DNA of 62,102 nt, filler included, from Ionaspis alba (lineage: Eukaryota): the NCBI GenBank assembly GCA_964255285.1. It is 12 parts of 12 records of this genome, joined end to end, with 100 filler letters (N's around TTAATTAATTAA, not from the genome) between each part and the next. Parts side by side here need not be neighbours in the genome. Positions count along the whole stretch, not along the records: positions 36,561 to 41,619 come from CAXUUL010001042.1; positions 41,720 to 46,750 come from CAXUUL010001043.1; positions 46,851 to 51,875 come from CAXUUL010001044.1; 9 more parts are not named here. One strand, 5' to 3'. Positions 38,142 through 49,308 of the stretch are shown one piece after another (positions within the stretch are counted from its first letter, which is position 1; each line of letters opens with the position of its first letter). The notes under the pieces are model-generated. The model had not been told where the DNA came from. It did no database searches and was given only the letters and a program-made list of their open reading frames with translations. A program made the position numbers and the translations under genes.

Positions 38142-39614
38142 ATGGAAATGGCTGGTAATGGCCGATTGCCCAACTTCTCGACTCCTCACACCACCACCAC
38201 CACAGCAACAAACTCTCCCCTACGAGCAGGCACCCCGGACCAGTCACCTTTTGGTGATGAAATCGCTTCCGCCCCACGAACGAACCCGTTCAACTCTCCC
38301 TTCCAGTCAAGGCCGAGCTCGTTGAGGCCTTCGTCTTCCGCCGTCGACCTTAACCAGCAGGCCCTCGCACAACGATATTTCCACTCAAGAAGAGTGCGGA
38401 AAGGTGAAGTCGAGCAGCCGTGGAGAAACAGGAAGGATCCGCGGGAGAAGTGGGTGACCATTATCCCGATAATGGGTATTGTTGTTGGGTTTCTCCTCGC
38501 CGGCTTCCTGGTCTACGATGGACTGAAGACTGTCGTGACCCACACGTACTGCCCCGTTCTCGACGAAGACTGGTCAGGAGGATTCAACACTAAGGTGTGG
38601 ACGAAAGAGGCTGAAGTTGGTGGTTTTGGGTATGTTTAGCTCAAAAGCATTTCTGCAAGATGCACATACTGACTGATCTGAAGAAATGGGCAGTTTGAGC
38701 AGACCACAACGACGGACGAGAATGTTTTCGTCAAGGACGGTGCTCTGTACATCAAACCCTCTCTCCAAGATGCGAGCCTTATCGAGAAGAATAGCATCAT
38801 CGACTTGAGCAAGGACAAGAGCTGTTCATCGGACAAGTTCTCCAATTGCGTTGCCGTCACTAACGTCACCAATGGTACCATCGTTAACCCGGTCAAGTCT
38901 GGACGCATCAATACCAAGGCTGGAGCCACGATCAAGTACGGCCGTGTCGAAGTCACCGCCAACCTCCCTGCTGGAGATTGGCTATGGCCCGGTATCTGGA
39001 TGTTGCCGGTTAAGAACGCTTATGGACCGTGGCCTCAATCTGGTGAGATTGATATCGCCGAGTCGCGCGGCAATAATTACACGTATGAGCAGGGAGGAAA
39101 CAACATCGTGTCGAGTGCTCTGCATTGGGGACCTAATACGGCCAACGATGCTTGGTGGAGGACCAATGTCAAGCGTAATGCTCTGCACACCACCTTCGCA
39201 AAGAAGACCCACACTTTCGGTCTGGAATGGAGTGAGAAGTATCTTTTCACATATATCGACACTCGTCTGCTTCAGGTTCTGTACACGAAATTCGACCAAC
39301 CTCTCTGGGCACGAGGCAACTTCCCCCTCTCCGACTCCAACGGTTCCAGTCTTGTTGACCCTTGGACTCAGACTGGCAATGCTGCCACTCCATTTGACGA
39401 GGAATTCTATCTCATCTTGAACGTTGCTGTTGGAGCCACCAATGGTTGGTTCGAGGATGGAAAGTCAGGCAAGCCTTGGGTCGATGCGTCGCCCAGTGCC
39501 AAGAAGGAGTTCTGGGATTCCCGAGATGAGTGGCTACCAACATGGCAGGATGCTGGCGAGATGGTTGTCCACAAGGTCAAGATCTGGCAGCAACAAGGAT
39601 ACAACGGGTGCTAA
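38142..39614 (+). CDS. Membrane-anchored GH16 beta-1,3-glucanase / glucan-binding protein
   Basis: RYFHSRR plus one TM helix. Intron 38630-38683 (GGFG/NGQFE). GDWLWPGIWMLP, catalytic GEIDIAE, PFDEEFYLILNVAVG. Confidence 0.92.
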
Positions 39615-39899
39615 ACGAAAAGGTCCACTTTCTCTTTCGCGATTCATTCACAATGTTCCGGATATGAATGTAAAACGGAAGGCCATGTCCTTCGGCGTTG
39701 GATATGGTCAACACTTTTTGGGAACATATTTCGGAGTTTCTTGCAGCGAGGAAGACGTCTGCGATCAATTAGGCGGTCATCTCACATTACGGGGCAAGGT
39801 CATATAGACATGAGGCATTTTACATGGGCCAAATTTAAATCTTAATTTCGGACAGTCTGGTCGTCGCACAATTTGGACTGATAGCTAATAATCCGTTCT

Positions 39900-41300
39900 T
39901 ACGCTGCCATCTCCCATTTGTATGACACTACTTGGTAGTCTTCAGGCACAGCTGTCCACTAAAGTCCTCAATAGAAACTGGTCAGCCTCATTCCCTTATA
40001 CTGCCCGACCGTAGTATACATCTCGATCGTGCTCATAACATCGTTCTTCCACCTTTAACCCCTCTTCTCCCTCCCTCATCCCTACAACGAACCGTTGCAG
40101 CTAAAACTACGATCACCCCCTCTTCGCAACCCCTAAACCCCGTCCACGATTGCTCGAGAGCTGCCACCAACACTGATAACCCCTCTCGCACGAACGCTCG
40201 CTATCGCGAAAGCTTGAAGATTGAGCAGTCGCTGACAATCAGCTTCATGCCCTCCATTCCTCGCCACAATCTCCCCCCATTTTCGCTTGTCCACTTTGAG
40301 TGCAGAGGCTCGCTTCCCTAAATCATCCGGTGTAATTTCCACCACAGGGTACATTGCACGCGATGGCTTGTTCCCACTAATTGGTACGCGCGCGCCGGCT
40401 TCCAGGTACCCATCACCGTGACCATGGTACCGTACCCTACGGGCTGGGCTAGGCATAGAAGGAAGTTTGCCGCTTTCGATATATTTGCCCACGCTAGCAC
40501 TGCTTGCCTCCTAGAACGTAATCTTGACAGGAACGTGGCAATATGCGAGATTGGAGATTATGTTATCTGCAAGAGTTCCAACGATTGCAGATTCTAGATT
40601 GCCATATTATTTGTGCATTTACTCGTCTCAATGAGGCTCACGATGAGCTACGGGAGCCGTATGCTTATTTGCAGCCTCAATCTCAATGCCAAGCAGGGGC
40701 GAAGTGGATACCCAAAAGGACTGGGCCACACACACGAGAGCGCATTACCTCACCATCCTGAACAACACATCCACCATGACCTAATAATGTCTAAAACCAA
40801 CCATAACCGCATCCGCATGTAGAGACAAAAAATTCTGCCCTCAAACCTTGACGAGGACAAACCCCATATACTTTACGAGGGGACGCGACGCTTCTCGACG
40901 ACGATCACTTACTTGCGCGACCCTATTACCTCACTTCTTTCGATCTGAAAGTCAAAACGCTTCCCCTTCTGGCCAGCGCGAGAACATGGAACGGGCAAAG
41001 CGTGGCGCCTATCAAACATGCGGCGGGAGGACTGACGTCTCTGGGACTTCCTTCTGGGCATGGGAAGGATAGCGGTGCCGATCTGTCCGCCGGAGAGTTT
41101 GAGATTCAGGCGATAGGGTTTTCCTGATATGTACGTGTGAAGGGCTTGTGTGCCGAGGGACTGGCAAGACCTGGTACTTTTATGGGTGGATCAAGACCAA
41201 GAACTATGGGTACTCAATAATGTGAGGAACGACGGGGCCGGTGTCAGCCACGGTTGTGATAAGAAGGCAAAAGCCTTTGGTCTTATCGTCCCGACTCAAA
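39900..41300 (+). ncRNA. Candidate telomerase RNA (TER); boundaries approximate
   Basis: No credible ORF. CR4/5-like junction: P6 41021-41027/41086-41092, distal P6 41049-41055/41063-41069, GA linker, P6.1 GAGU-UUGAG-AUUC 41095-41107, closing helix 40920-40931/41108-41119. Template-like AACCCCUAAACCCC at 40128-40141. Confidence 0.55.
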
Positions 41301-41719
41301 GGAGATCTCTAAGCAGGCTAGATTCATGCTGAGGATTCCTTTTGAGGAAGATGTCGGATCGTAGAAGAAGAAGTCGTCAGCAAAGATGCGTTGGGCTGAC
41401 AGCAAATGAGCACTTGCGGGAGTATCAGAATGGGCTATGATGGATTTGTACTGGGAAGAGGATCATCGTCTCCTGTTCTATGTCTCGGCACAGAAAGCTA
41501 TCCTAGAGGAGTTCAGTTGGGAAGTTCCATCCTTGTAAAACAAAACACGCTTTGGCCCGCCGAATCCGGTAATTCCCTTTTTCTCCTCCTGGCCACGGTC
41601 TAATTTGCACACGAAGATTNNNNNNNNNNNNNNNNNNNNNNNNNNNNNNNNNNNNNNNNNNNNTTAATTAATTAANNNNNNNNNNNNNNNNNNNNNNNNN
41701 NNNNNNNNNNNNNNNNNNN

Positions 41720-44700
41720 GGCGGGGCTGGGCCCTTCGGTGGTGGTGGAGCTGGTGGTGTGGCTCTCGGTTGGAATGGTTGGTTAGCCATTGGCGGTGTC
41801 GACATTGTAGGCTGGTTCGGAAAGGGGGCATTGACGACAGCGGGTTGCATGCCTGGAGTCCCACGCCGGGAAGTAGGTGGCTTGGTAAAGAACTCCTCTG
41901 GTGTGTCGTTCCAGTTCGGCATATTGGAAGCCTTCGGAGGGGCAGGTATCGACGGAGACGCGTTCACGTTCCTTGGTGGCGGGCCCAATCCTTGACCTTG
42001 CGGAGGTGCACCGTATCCCGGAGCCTGAGAAACTCCATACTGTGGCCGAGGTATCTGACCGGACTGATAACCTGGTGCTCCGTATGGTCCTCGAGGCTGT
42101 TGAGAGTATGCATTGTCTAACTGAGCCTGTTCTTGAGGTTGATAGGGGTTTGAAGATCTCATGGAAGGAGTGTTCATAGCTGGTCGTTGATCCTCGAAGC
42201 TCGGTGCATTAGTGGGTGGTCGTTGAGAATGTCCTGAAGGAGGCATCGGTCCTCGCTGGGGTAGTGTTCCCGGATTCATTGGTTGTCTGGCCATAGATTG
42301 CGTAGGAACTTTTCGAGTGGCTTGCTTGACCCGATTCCGAGCAACCTCAGCTGCTGGGTATTTCTCAGGGAGGAGATCCAAGTATTTCTCAGCTACTTGC
42401 AGTTGCCCATGAGCAGCCACAATGTCAGCGTATTCTGTATACTTCTCATAAAGAGGTGCCAATTTCCAATTCGAGGCAGCTGTGCGATCGGGATCTCTGT
42501 AATGTGTGACTTCACGGAAGATAGTAACTTTCTCGATAAAGCTCTGCAACGAACGGGCATGAATCGAGAAACTCGAATCAGTGCTTGTATTTTGCATTCC
42601 CGAGCTCTCATTCTCCTCCAGCTCTGCGATCCATAATTTGACTACTTTCTCCAGTTTCGACCCTGCAATGTAACAGAACGAAGCGTCGTTCCGCGCACTT
42701 GAGCTGGAGTCGTTACCAATTTGATCTTCTAGTCGGTCTCCCAGGGCTTCGCAGAGATCTGGAAACTCTTCTGCACTCGCATATGTGCAAAGAGTAGCCA
42801 TAACTTCCCTCCAATTTCCAAGATCCGCATTGTAAACAATGTCCCACAAGTTCTTGCCAACTACAGACGCCAGAAGTCGGAGATACTTAGGACCGGACGA
42901 CTGCTTCATGAAATATGCCTTCTGAACTTTGTCAATGGATTCCTGTCCTCCACAGATTGCTATCATGAAGGCATCCGAGAGTCGATCCTCTTGAAGACAG
43001 ACTTCCATAGCTTTGTCGAATTGTCCGAGCATAAGAGCTTGGGTAATCTTCTTGTCAGCATCAGGCTCAGAATCGGAGTAAATGTGAAAAGGATTGTTAG
43101 TTTTTGCTCCTTTGGTGGCGGCAAGATCAGCCAAAAAATTGTCACCCTCATTGCTATTGTCGAAGAAACCAGACAGGCGATTATTCCTAGCAGACACATC
43201 GCCGTTGGACTTCGGAACCGACAGCTCGTTCGCGTGGTGTCCATTAACACCGTCCCTTGCTGTCGCGTTGACAGCTTGATCTTCATCTTTCGAGAAGCCC
43301 AAGTAGGTGACCAATTCCTTCCTCGGATTGTCCGCCATCAAAGTTTCGATGACTCTCCAATCACTCTTTTCGGCTTTCAATTCAGATTGACCAATTCTAG
43401 CTTCACAAATGTGCTTCAAGTTCTTCTCCGCCATTGCCTTTTCGAAGGACTCCGTCATCGTTCCAATTTCAGTATCAGCAGCGAAGTTGGATATTCGAAC
43501 AGTAGACTTCCTTGGCGAGCCTCCCTCAGAAACATCGCGAGTGAAACTTAAGACTTTCCCACCAAAGCCGAAGGATGCTCCACATGGCCTTTCAAGCCAT
43601 TTTGGAGCCTTAGTCAAGGTAAAGGATGCACTTTGAGGTTGTGATTGCGCTTTATTGAAGAAGTCTTCTCCATCCAATGCTGGTACTTGAGATCCAGCCG
43701 CCTGCGTGTCCGCCTTAGTGTTTTGGATTGTTTGTATTGCAATTTTGCCATCAAATGATGCTGTGGCAAGCATGCTCGGGTTATGGGGATTCCACCTGGT
43801 CTGGAAAGTCCAATTCGTAACGACAGGGAATTCGCCGTAAGGCTCACCAGTCTGGGGATTCCAACAGAGCGTCCTGTTGTCTTTACCACAAGACAGCAAC
43901 AGGTCACTATCCTGTCGGCACCAAGAGAGTGAGAGGACTCCGCCTTCATGGCCCCGCAATACCTAATGTTATCAGCATGTGATTCTTGGCGAGGATGGCC
44001 CTGACTTACTCTTTCAGGAGCATTGGAGTTTCTGAGATCCCAAACCAGAATCAGAGGATCCGTGTCAAGAGGGACAGCAGTGATCAGTCGAGTCGGCTAC
44101 ACAGGCGGCCAGTTAGCAGTGGGACTTTTCGTCTCGATTTCCTAACAACAAACCTTCTCTGGATCCCATGCAACAGCACCAACAGGCTTACGACCCAAGT
44201 TGTTCAGCGTCAAGCTCTCCTTTTTAGCCTTGACATCCCACACGGTGACAAAACCTCCGCTACTTCCTGTCACTAGAATATGTGGCACCTTCTTGTTCCA
44301 GTCCAGACACTCGAAGTCGTCAGCTCTCGCAGCAGTGTTGCCCAAGCGGAAAGGATTAGAGATATTGTTGAGGTCGGAGATGAATAGCTGTAAATGTATT
44401 AGTCATAGAATCCAATGCAGATAGTACCAATGTATACCTCGCCCTTGGCTCCAGCCGTTGCCAGAAGTTCGGATCGAAAGGGATTGAATTGAAGTGATTT
44501 GATGGCACCGCTATGCTTCGAAGTCCGAGACATAAGAGCGTCCCTAAACGACGACAAATCAATCCGGTGTCTTTGGTAGAAGCCGAAACGAAAAATCGCC
44601 TCACTCATCACTCCTAAGTAGCTTGTCCACGTTCCATAAATCTAAGGAACCATTCTCGAGCGCCCCTGCAATGACGCCTCTCTGCGGACCATCCTTTGGT

Positions 44701-44995
44701 TGCACCCAAGCGATATCGTGAAAGCTACCGTCAATCAGCTCATTGAAGTGCCTTCATTGAACCTTCCAGGCAGAACTGTGCCATACCGAGAGTCTGTAGC
44801 TACACCTGCGGCTGGCTGAAGCTCAATGCCATGTTCCTCATTGTTCAAGTCGAGGTTCCATAGCTCGAGTTGTGTGTCATTAGAGAAGTCTGCATCGACT
44901 GCCCCAGCTCGGGTCCCCGTGGCTAGGAACGGCGATGCAGCACCTGGTGACCAGGCGAAGGTCGCGGTACGAGGAATTTCCCGTAGTCTCACCAT
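41720..44995 (-). CDS. SEC31: COPII coat protein Sec31 (3' truncated at linker)
   Basis: [19 protein letters not shown]40 repeats across several introns, [17 protein letters not shown], alpha-solenoid, Pro-rich region with WND. Confidence 0.96.
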
Positions 44996-45363
44996 GTTGA
45001 GATACGGAAGGAAGGGCGAATGTGCTAGTTTTAGGAATGGCAGAGGTGCAGAAATCTGATCAGACCATCAGCACTTCATTAAACCATTAGACAAATGATG
45101 GCGAATATGATCGCTGAGTTCCAATAGCGCTACAAGCTTCAAAGGTGTGGAATAGGAGGTTGCCCCGATATGCTGGAACAATAATGTGTCCTTGCGAACT
45201 TCCAACCGGCGGCCCACAACGCTTGCAGTGGCCGTCGTTGCAGGGTTCCATATCCCTGTCATTCTCGGCTTCCACGTGATATCAAACTCATTTGGGCCAG
45301 ATTTCAATTCCACATACAATGACTACTATCGTCCATCTGCAGTTCAGATCTCAAGTTGCAGTC

Positions 45364-45875
45364 ATGACAGACGCCGCACGTCTTAAGGCTACAGTCTATG
45401 TTGGTGGGCTCGACAATGCAGTCAACGAGAGGATTCTGTCAGATGCGTTTCTACCATTCGGTGAGATAGTCGATATATCGCTGCCAAAGCCCGAAGCCCC
45501 GTCGTCAACAGATCCACATCGTGGTTTCGGCTACGTCGAATTTGAAGTGCTAGCAGATGCTAAGGAAGCAATTGACAATATGGACCAAAGTGAATTATTT
45601 GGGAGGGTCATTAAAGTCGCGGCTGCAAAGCCTCAGAAGGAGAGTAACGAGGGGCTGGGGAGTAAAACAGCTATTTGGGAGCAGGTGTGTGTGATTATCC
45701 TCATTCTAAGCTAGTATACTGATAGTTAACCCAGGAAGGGTGGTTGGCCAAGCATGCTGTTAGTGATGAGGATAGATTGGCGGCGGAGCAGGCACGTGAT
45801 GCATCAAATACTCGTCCAGATGATCCCATGCAGGGTTTGGAGGGACTCGACGTCGCTGGACCTCAACCGGAGTGA
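45364..45875 (+). CDS. RRM protein related to the cyclophilin E/Cyp33 RRM, with no PPIase domain
   Basis: TVYVGGL (RNP2), HRGFGYVEF (RNP1), AIDNMDQSELFGRVIKV. Intron about 45685-45734; last exon ends DPMQGLEGLDVAGPQPE*. Confidence 0.88.
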
Positions 45876-46141
45876 ATGTCTGAGATTTGCGTTTTAATTG
45901 TGCATTTTTAGTGGCGTTCGTGCATCGATGGACTTGTGGTGCTATTAGTCAGAAAAGGTACCGATGGCAAACACGGTGAGAGCTCGAAGAATGTACATTG
46001 GTTCGGTCGACAACTGCTTTGTGCCATATTTTCCTTCACAACATGACGTTCTGCTTTTTACGATAGACAATCGACGATGTGCCACGACACCACTGCCTTG
46101 ATATCCACCCTCCTCCTCCGTCCACGATTTGCTCCTCAACA

Positions 46142-46662
46142 TTAGTGAGTATCTGATTTCTTGGACTTTGTTAGACGCAGGGTCTTGTCCGTGAAAAGTT
46201 TGTTGCCCATTGAGTAGAACGCTGCGCCGATGGCAATACTGGAAGGGACGGATCGGGATTAGCAGGTGCTGCGAGTCAGTGCATAAAGATATCAAGTATA
46301 CACACCCGAGTACGACGCCTGAAGAACGTGCCGCAGGTCAGCAAAGCTCACCGTCCCAGAAGTCACTATGAGTACTTACCCAGAGGGATCAACTCTGGGG
46401 GAATCTTCTTGAGAGTCCGTAGACGTTGGGAAATTGTGTGCGCTGCAAGAGTGACCTTGTTAGAACGTTGCTCTCCGCATGCCTCAACTGCGAAATACTG
46501 TGTAGAACGTGCTACAAAGCATGGAATGATCATACCGCTATGCTCCTCTTTCTACACCGTGAATTAGCTAGATGCAAGTCACTGGACGGCTTCCCGACCC
46601 ACCGGCATTGGCCGCATCAGCGGCCTAGTCTGTTGCATCCAAAGGGGTCGCGTAGGAATCAT
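46142..46662 (-). CDS. 82-aa mitochondrial single-TM microprotein (NDUFA4/MLRQ-B12D or yeast Min8-like), 5 exons
   Basis: Exons 46662-46603, 46551-46536, 46442-46380, 46318-46306, 46238-46142, all GT-AG and in phase. Protein: MIPTRPLWMQQTRPLMRPMPKEEHSAHTISQRLRTLKKIPPELIPLGVVLGIAIGAAFYSMGNKLFTDKTLRLTKSKKSDTH*. Confidence 0.85.
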
Positions 46663-48105
46663 CGTAATATACTCGCTGGTAATTCCGAGCTGTGGAAAAG
46701 GTTGTTCGGGAATAGTATTGGAGTGGACTGGAGCTCGAGGAGAGTTTAGCNNNNNNNNNNNNNNNNNNNNNNNNNNNNNNNNNNNNNNNNNNNNTTAATT
46801 AATTAANNNNNNNNNNNNNNNNNNNNNNNNNNNNNNNNNNNNNNNNNNNNCGAGGGGAGGGCGGAGTTGATGAGGAGGCTGGGAAGGGATCGGGGGTGCT
46901 GTAGGCGGGTTCTGGGTCGTCGGTAGAGGGGGAGAAGGCGGAGGTGGAGATGCGGTAGGAGAGCTTTTCGGACACGGACGAGCCGTCGCTGGAATCCCGT
47001 GTGGCCGACAATTTGAAGAACTTGCTTTTTGTTGATGTTGGTTGTTTTTGGGGGTCCGGGATGGAGGTGATTGTTGTGCTTTGGTGGTGGTGCTGGATTG
47101 GGTGGTCTAGCGATAGACGATGAGTGGTTGGTGGTGCATTGGAGTAATTGGATCTGCGATGTGTGCTTATCGTAATGGACACGATTGTACTCGAGTTTTT
47201 GGTGGTAGTGTTTTTCTCGTGATGCAGTCAACAATGAGTTGACCGGCCGTTCTCCTGACCGCTTTGCGGACTAGCGTAGAATGGATGGAATGTGAGGCTG
47301 GGTGTGGCTGGAGAGGGGAGAGAGCCACAAGTACTCTTACGTCATTCTTGATCATCGAGATCGTTGTGATAACGACCCCTCAGATCACATGCACCTTGAT
47401 GACTATTGTAGACAATTGAACCTCCCATTAAATCTATACAGCTAGTAGTCGATTAACCATGGTCGCTTCGGTCGAAAAGTAATCGGTATACAGTATCAGG
47501 AGAAGAGGTAGAAGTGTTTGTGTGCGCCTGGAGTAACAGTGTGCGATGGCTTCAAGATTAAGGGATTGCACCATTGGAAAAAGGACATTGAGTGTGTCTA
47601 GTACAGGAAATCACCCAATTGTAGAGGCATATATTGCAAGAGTCTCAGGAAATAAGCAGCATTGAATCAGCCGCTATAAAGTACCTATTTAGACCGTCCC
47701 CATAGAACCCCGTCGATGCAAAAACGATCGATTCATCGTAGGTTCATCAAACCCAATTCCCCAGCGCCAATAAAACCCGTTCCATGACGAGGAGTTCATC
47801 CCCATCTTTTGCGCAGTAAGAAAACCACCTCCAACGCATTTCCGTTCCCACCAAAGGCCCCTGCGAAGCTAGCTGCCAAAGATAGTCCCATAGAACATAT
47901 ACACAAGAAGGAAATTCCGTCAAATCCTCAAAACGTCTGCAAAAAAAGCACGGGTATCGAGACGACATTTCTTCCACCCTTCCCCCCCTTCAAGAAACAA
48001 CGACAACAACAAACGACAGCGAGTTCCAATAGCGAAAATCGGAAACTCTCTCCACCCACCAGCCACAGTAGATCCATTCTCAACAGTCGATAGTTTTCAA
48101 TATCC

Positions 48106-49308
48106 TCATCCACTCAACCGAGCCGCCATAGCCAACGCATCCAACCCCGGACTCTCTCCCTCACAATCCTGACTCCCCGTACTAACGTTCGTCTCGAACC
48201 CTGGTCTTTTCCCCTGCGCCTCCACCATCTTAGTACCCCTTCCCATCTCCTCATCCCGAGACCTCAATGCCTCCTCAAACGTCGAGCGCGACAAAATCGG
48301 GTGTTTCGGATCCGTCGCGTCGCCCGAAAGTTCCATCTCCGACGCATCGAACTCCATATCCATGTTATTGACAATCGGGGTCGACGAGGCCGTGGTGGCA
48401 GGGGAGTGTCCCTCAGCCGCGAGCCGGCGCCCAACTGTGCTTTGATTGGTGGTGTCTGAGGTCCCGGTGGAATTGGAGCTGGATTTGTTGTTATTGGAGG
48501 AGGAGGAGTCTTTGCCGGGTTTGTGCGTGCGCTCGTGCTGCTTCATGTTGTCTTTGCGCGTGAAGGCTTTATTGCACGTCGGGCAGTGGATGTTCTTCTC
48601 ACCCGTGTGCTTCTTGCCGTGGCGGGCGGCGTGGCCGGAGGTGGTGAAGGTGTCGTGGCAGCCGACTCGGACGGCGTGCGGGCAGGGGTATTTCTTCTTT
48701 GCGATTTTGGTGGGGTTGGAATTTGGGGGTGCGGTGGCGACTGGGGATGAGACGGCGGTTGTGGTCGATGAAGTGGCGGTTTGCGGAGAAGCGGGTACGT
48801 GTTGATCGTTGGGGACGTACGCATATTGGGTCGTGTTGTTTTGCGCTCCCGTTGGTGCATAGGCATCTTCCATGAAGAGGTCGTTTCCTTGGTGCATGGG
48901 GAGACTGTAGTAGAGATGCGGCGCATCCTGGTGCTGCGGCATGGACATGTAGTATGGCCCATTATTCGGAGGATAATGGCTTCTTCCAGTAGGAGCCTTT
49001 TGATGCTGCTCAGGCATGTTGAAGGGATATGTTGGTGTCATTGGCGATGGAGTTTGTAGGCTTTCTCGCGACGAGGTCGAGTCCAAGCGAAGGAGCTGCG
49101 GGGTTGTGCTTGACGGCGACGATACAGGTGATGCTACGCTGCTGTTGTGAGATGATGTCGAGTTCTGTCTGGTCATAGGCCTTGAGGTGGTTGACTTTCG
49201 AAATCGTTGGTCGGGTCGAGGTCGTGGAGCGGAAAAGTAAGCGGGGGAGTCGTCGTTGAGTAACGAGACTTTCCGCCCGCTGGCATTGGTGACCTCCATA
49301 GCAGACAT
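48106..49308 (-). CDS. C2H2 zinc-finger transcription factor (Nrg1-like)
   Basis: Two fingers CPHAVRVGC..FTTSGHAARH..KH and CPTC..FTRKDNMKQH..TH joined by a TGEK linker. FTTSGH..RH is typical of the Nrg1 family. Confidence 0.88.
   Translation of the reverse strand: MSAMEVTNASGRKVSLLNDDSPAYFSAPRPRPDQRFRKSTTSRPMTRQNSTSSHNSSVASPVSSPSSTTPQLLRLDSTSSRESLQTPSPMTPTYPFNMPEQHQKAPTGRSHYPPNNGPYYMSMPQHQDAPHLYYSLPMHQGNDLFMEDAYAPTGAQNNTTQYAYVPNDQHVPASPQTATSSTTTAVSSPVATAPPNSNPTKIAKKKYPCPHAVRVGCHDTFTTSGHAARHGKKHTGEKNIHCPTCNKAFTRKDNMKQHERTHKPGKDSSSSNNNKSSSNSTGTSDTTNQSTVGRRLAAEGHSPATTASSTPIVNNMDMEFDASEMELSGDATDPKHPILSRSTFEEALRSRDEEMGRGTKMVEAQGKRPGFETNVSTGSQDCEGESPGLDALAMAARLSG

Noticed and set aside
40432..40440. 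GTACCCTAC as an alternative telomerase template (TAGGG repeat)
   Set aside because: It is sequestered in a 7-bp helix with 40346-40352 and has only a 3-nt terminal repeat.
39932..41072. Short ORFs in the putative TER region, and alternative identities (RNase P/MRP, SRP RNA, snRNA, tRNA)
   Set aside because: The ORFs lack motifs. GAAAGTC near 40947 is not followed by the MRP/P-type continuation, and I saw no SRP, snRNA or tRNA signatures.
46426..46749. Cys-rich + strand ORF resembling a zinc finger
   Set aside because: It has a non-ATG start and is antisense to exons and introns of the well-supported 82-aa gene.
46851..47234. Ser/Pro/Thr-rich minus-strand ORFs running into the linker
   Set aside because: No ATG start and no recognisable domain. 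It could be a truncated exon, but I cannot support a call.
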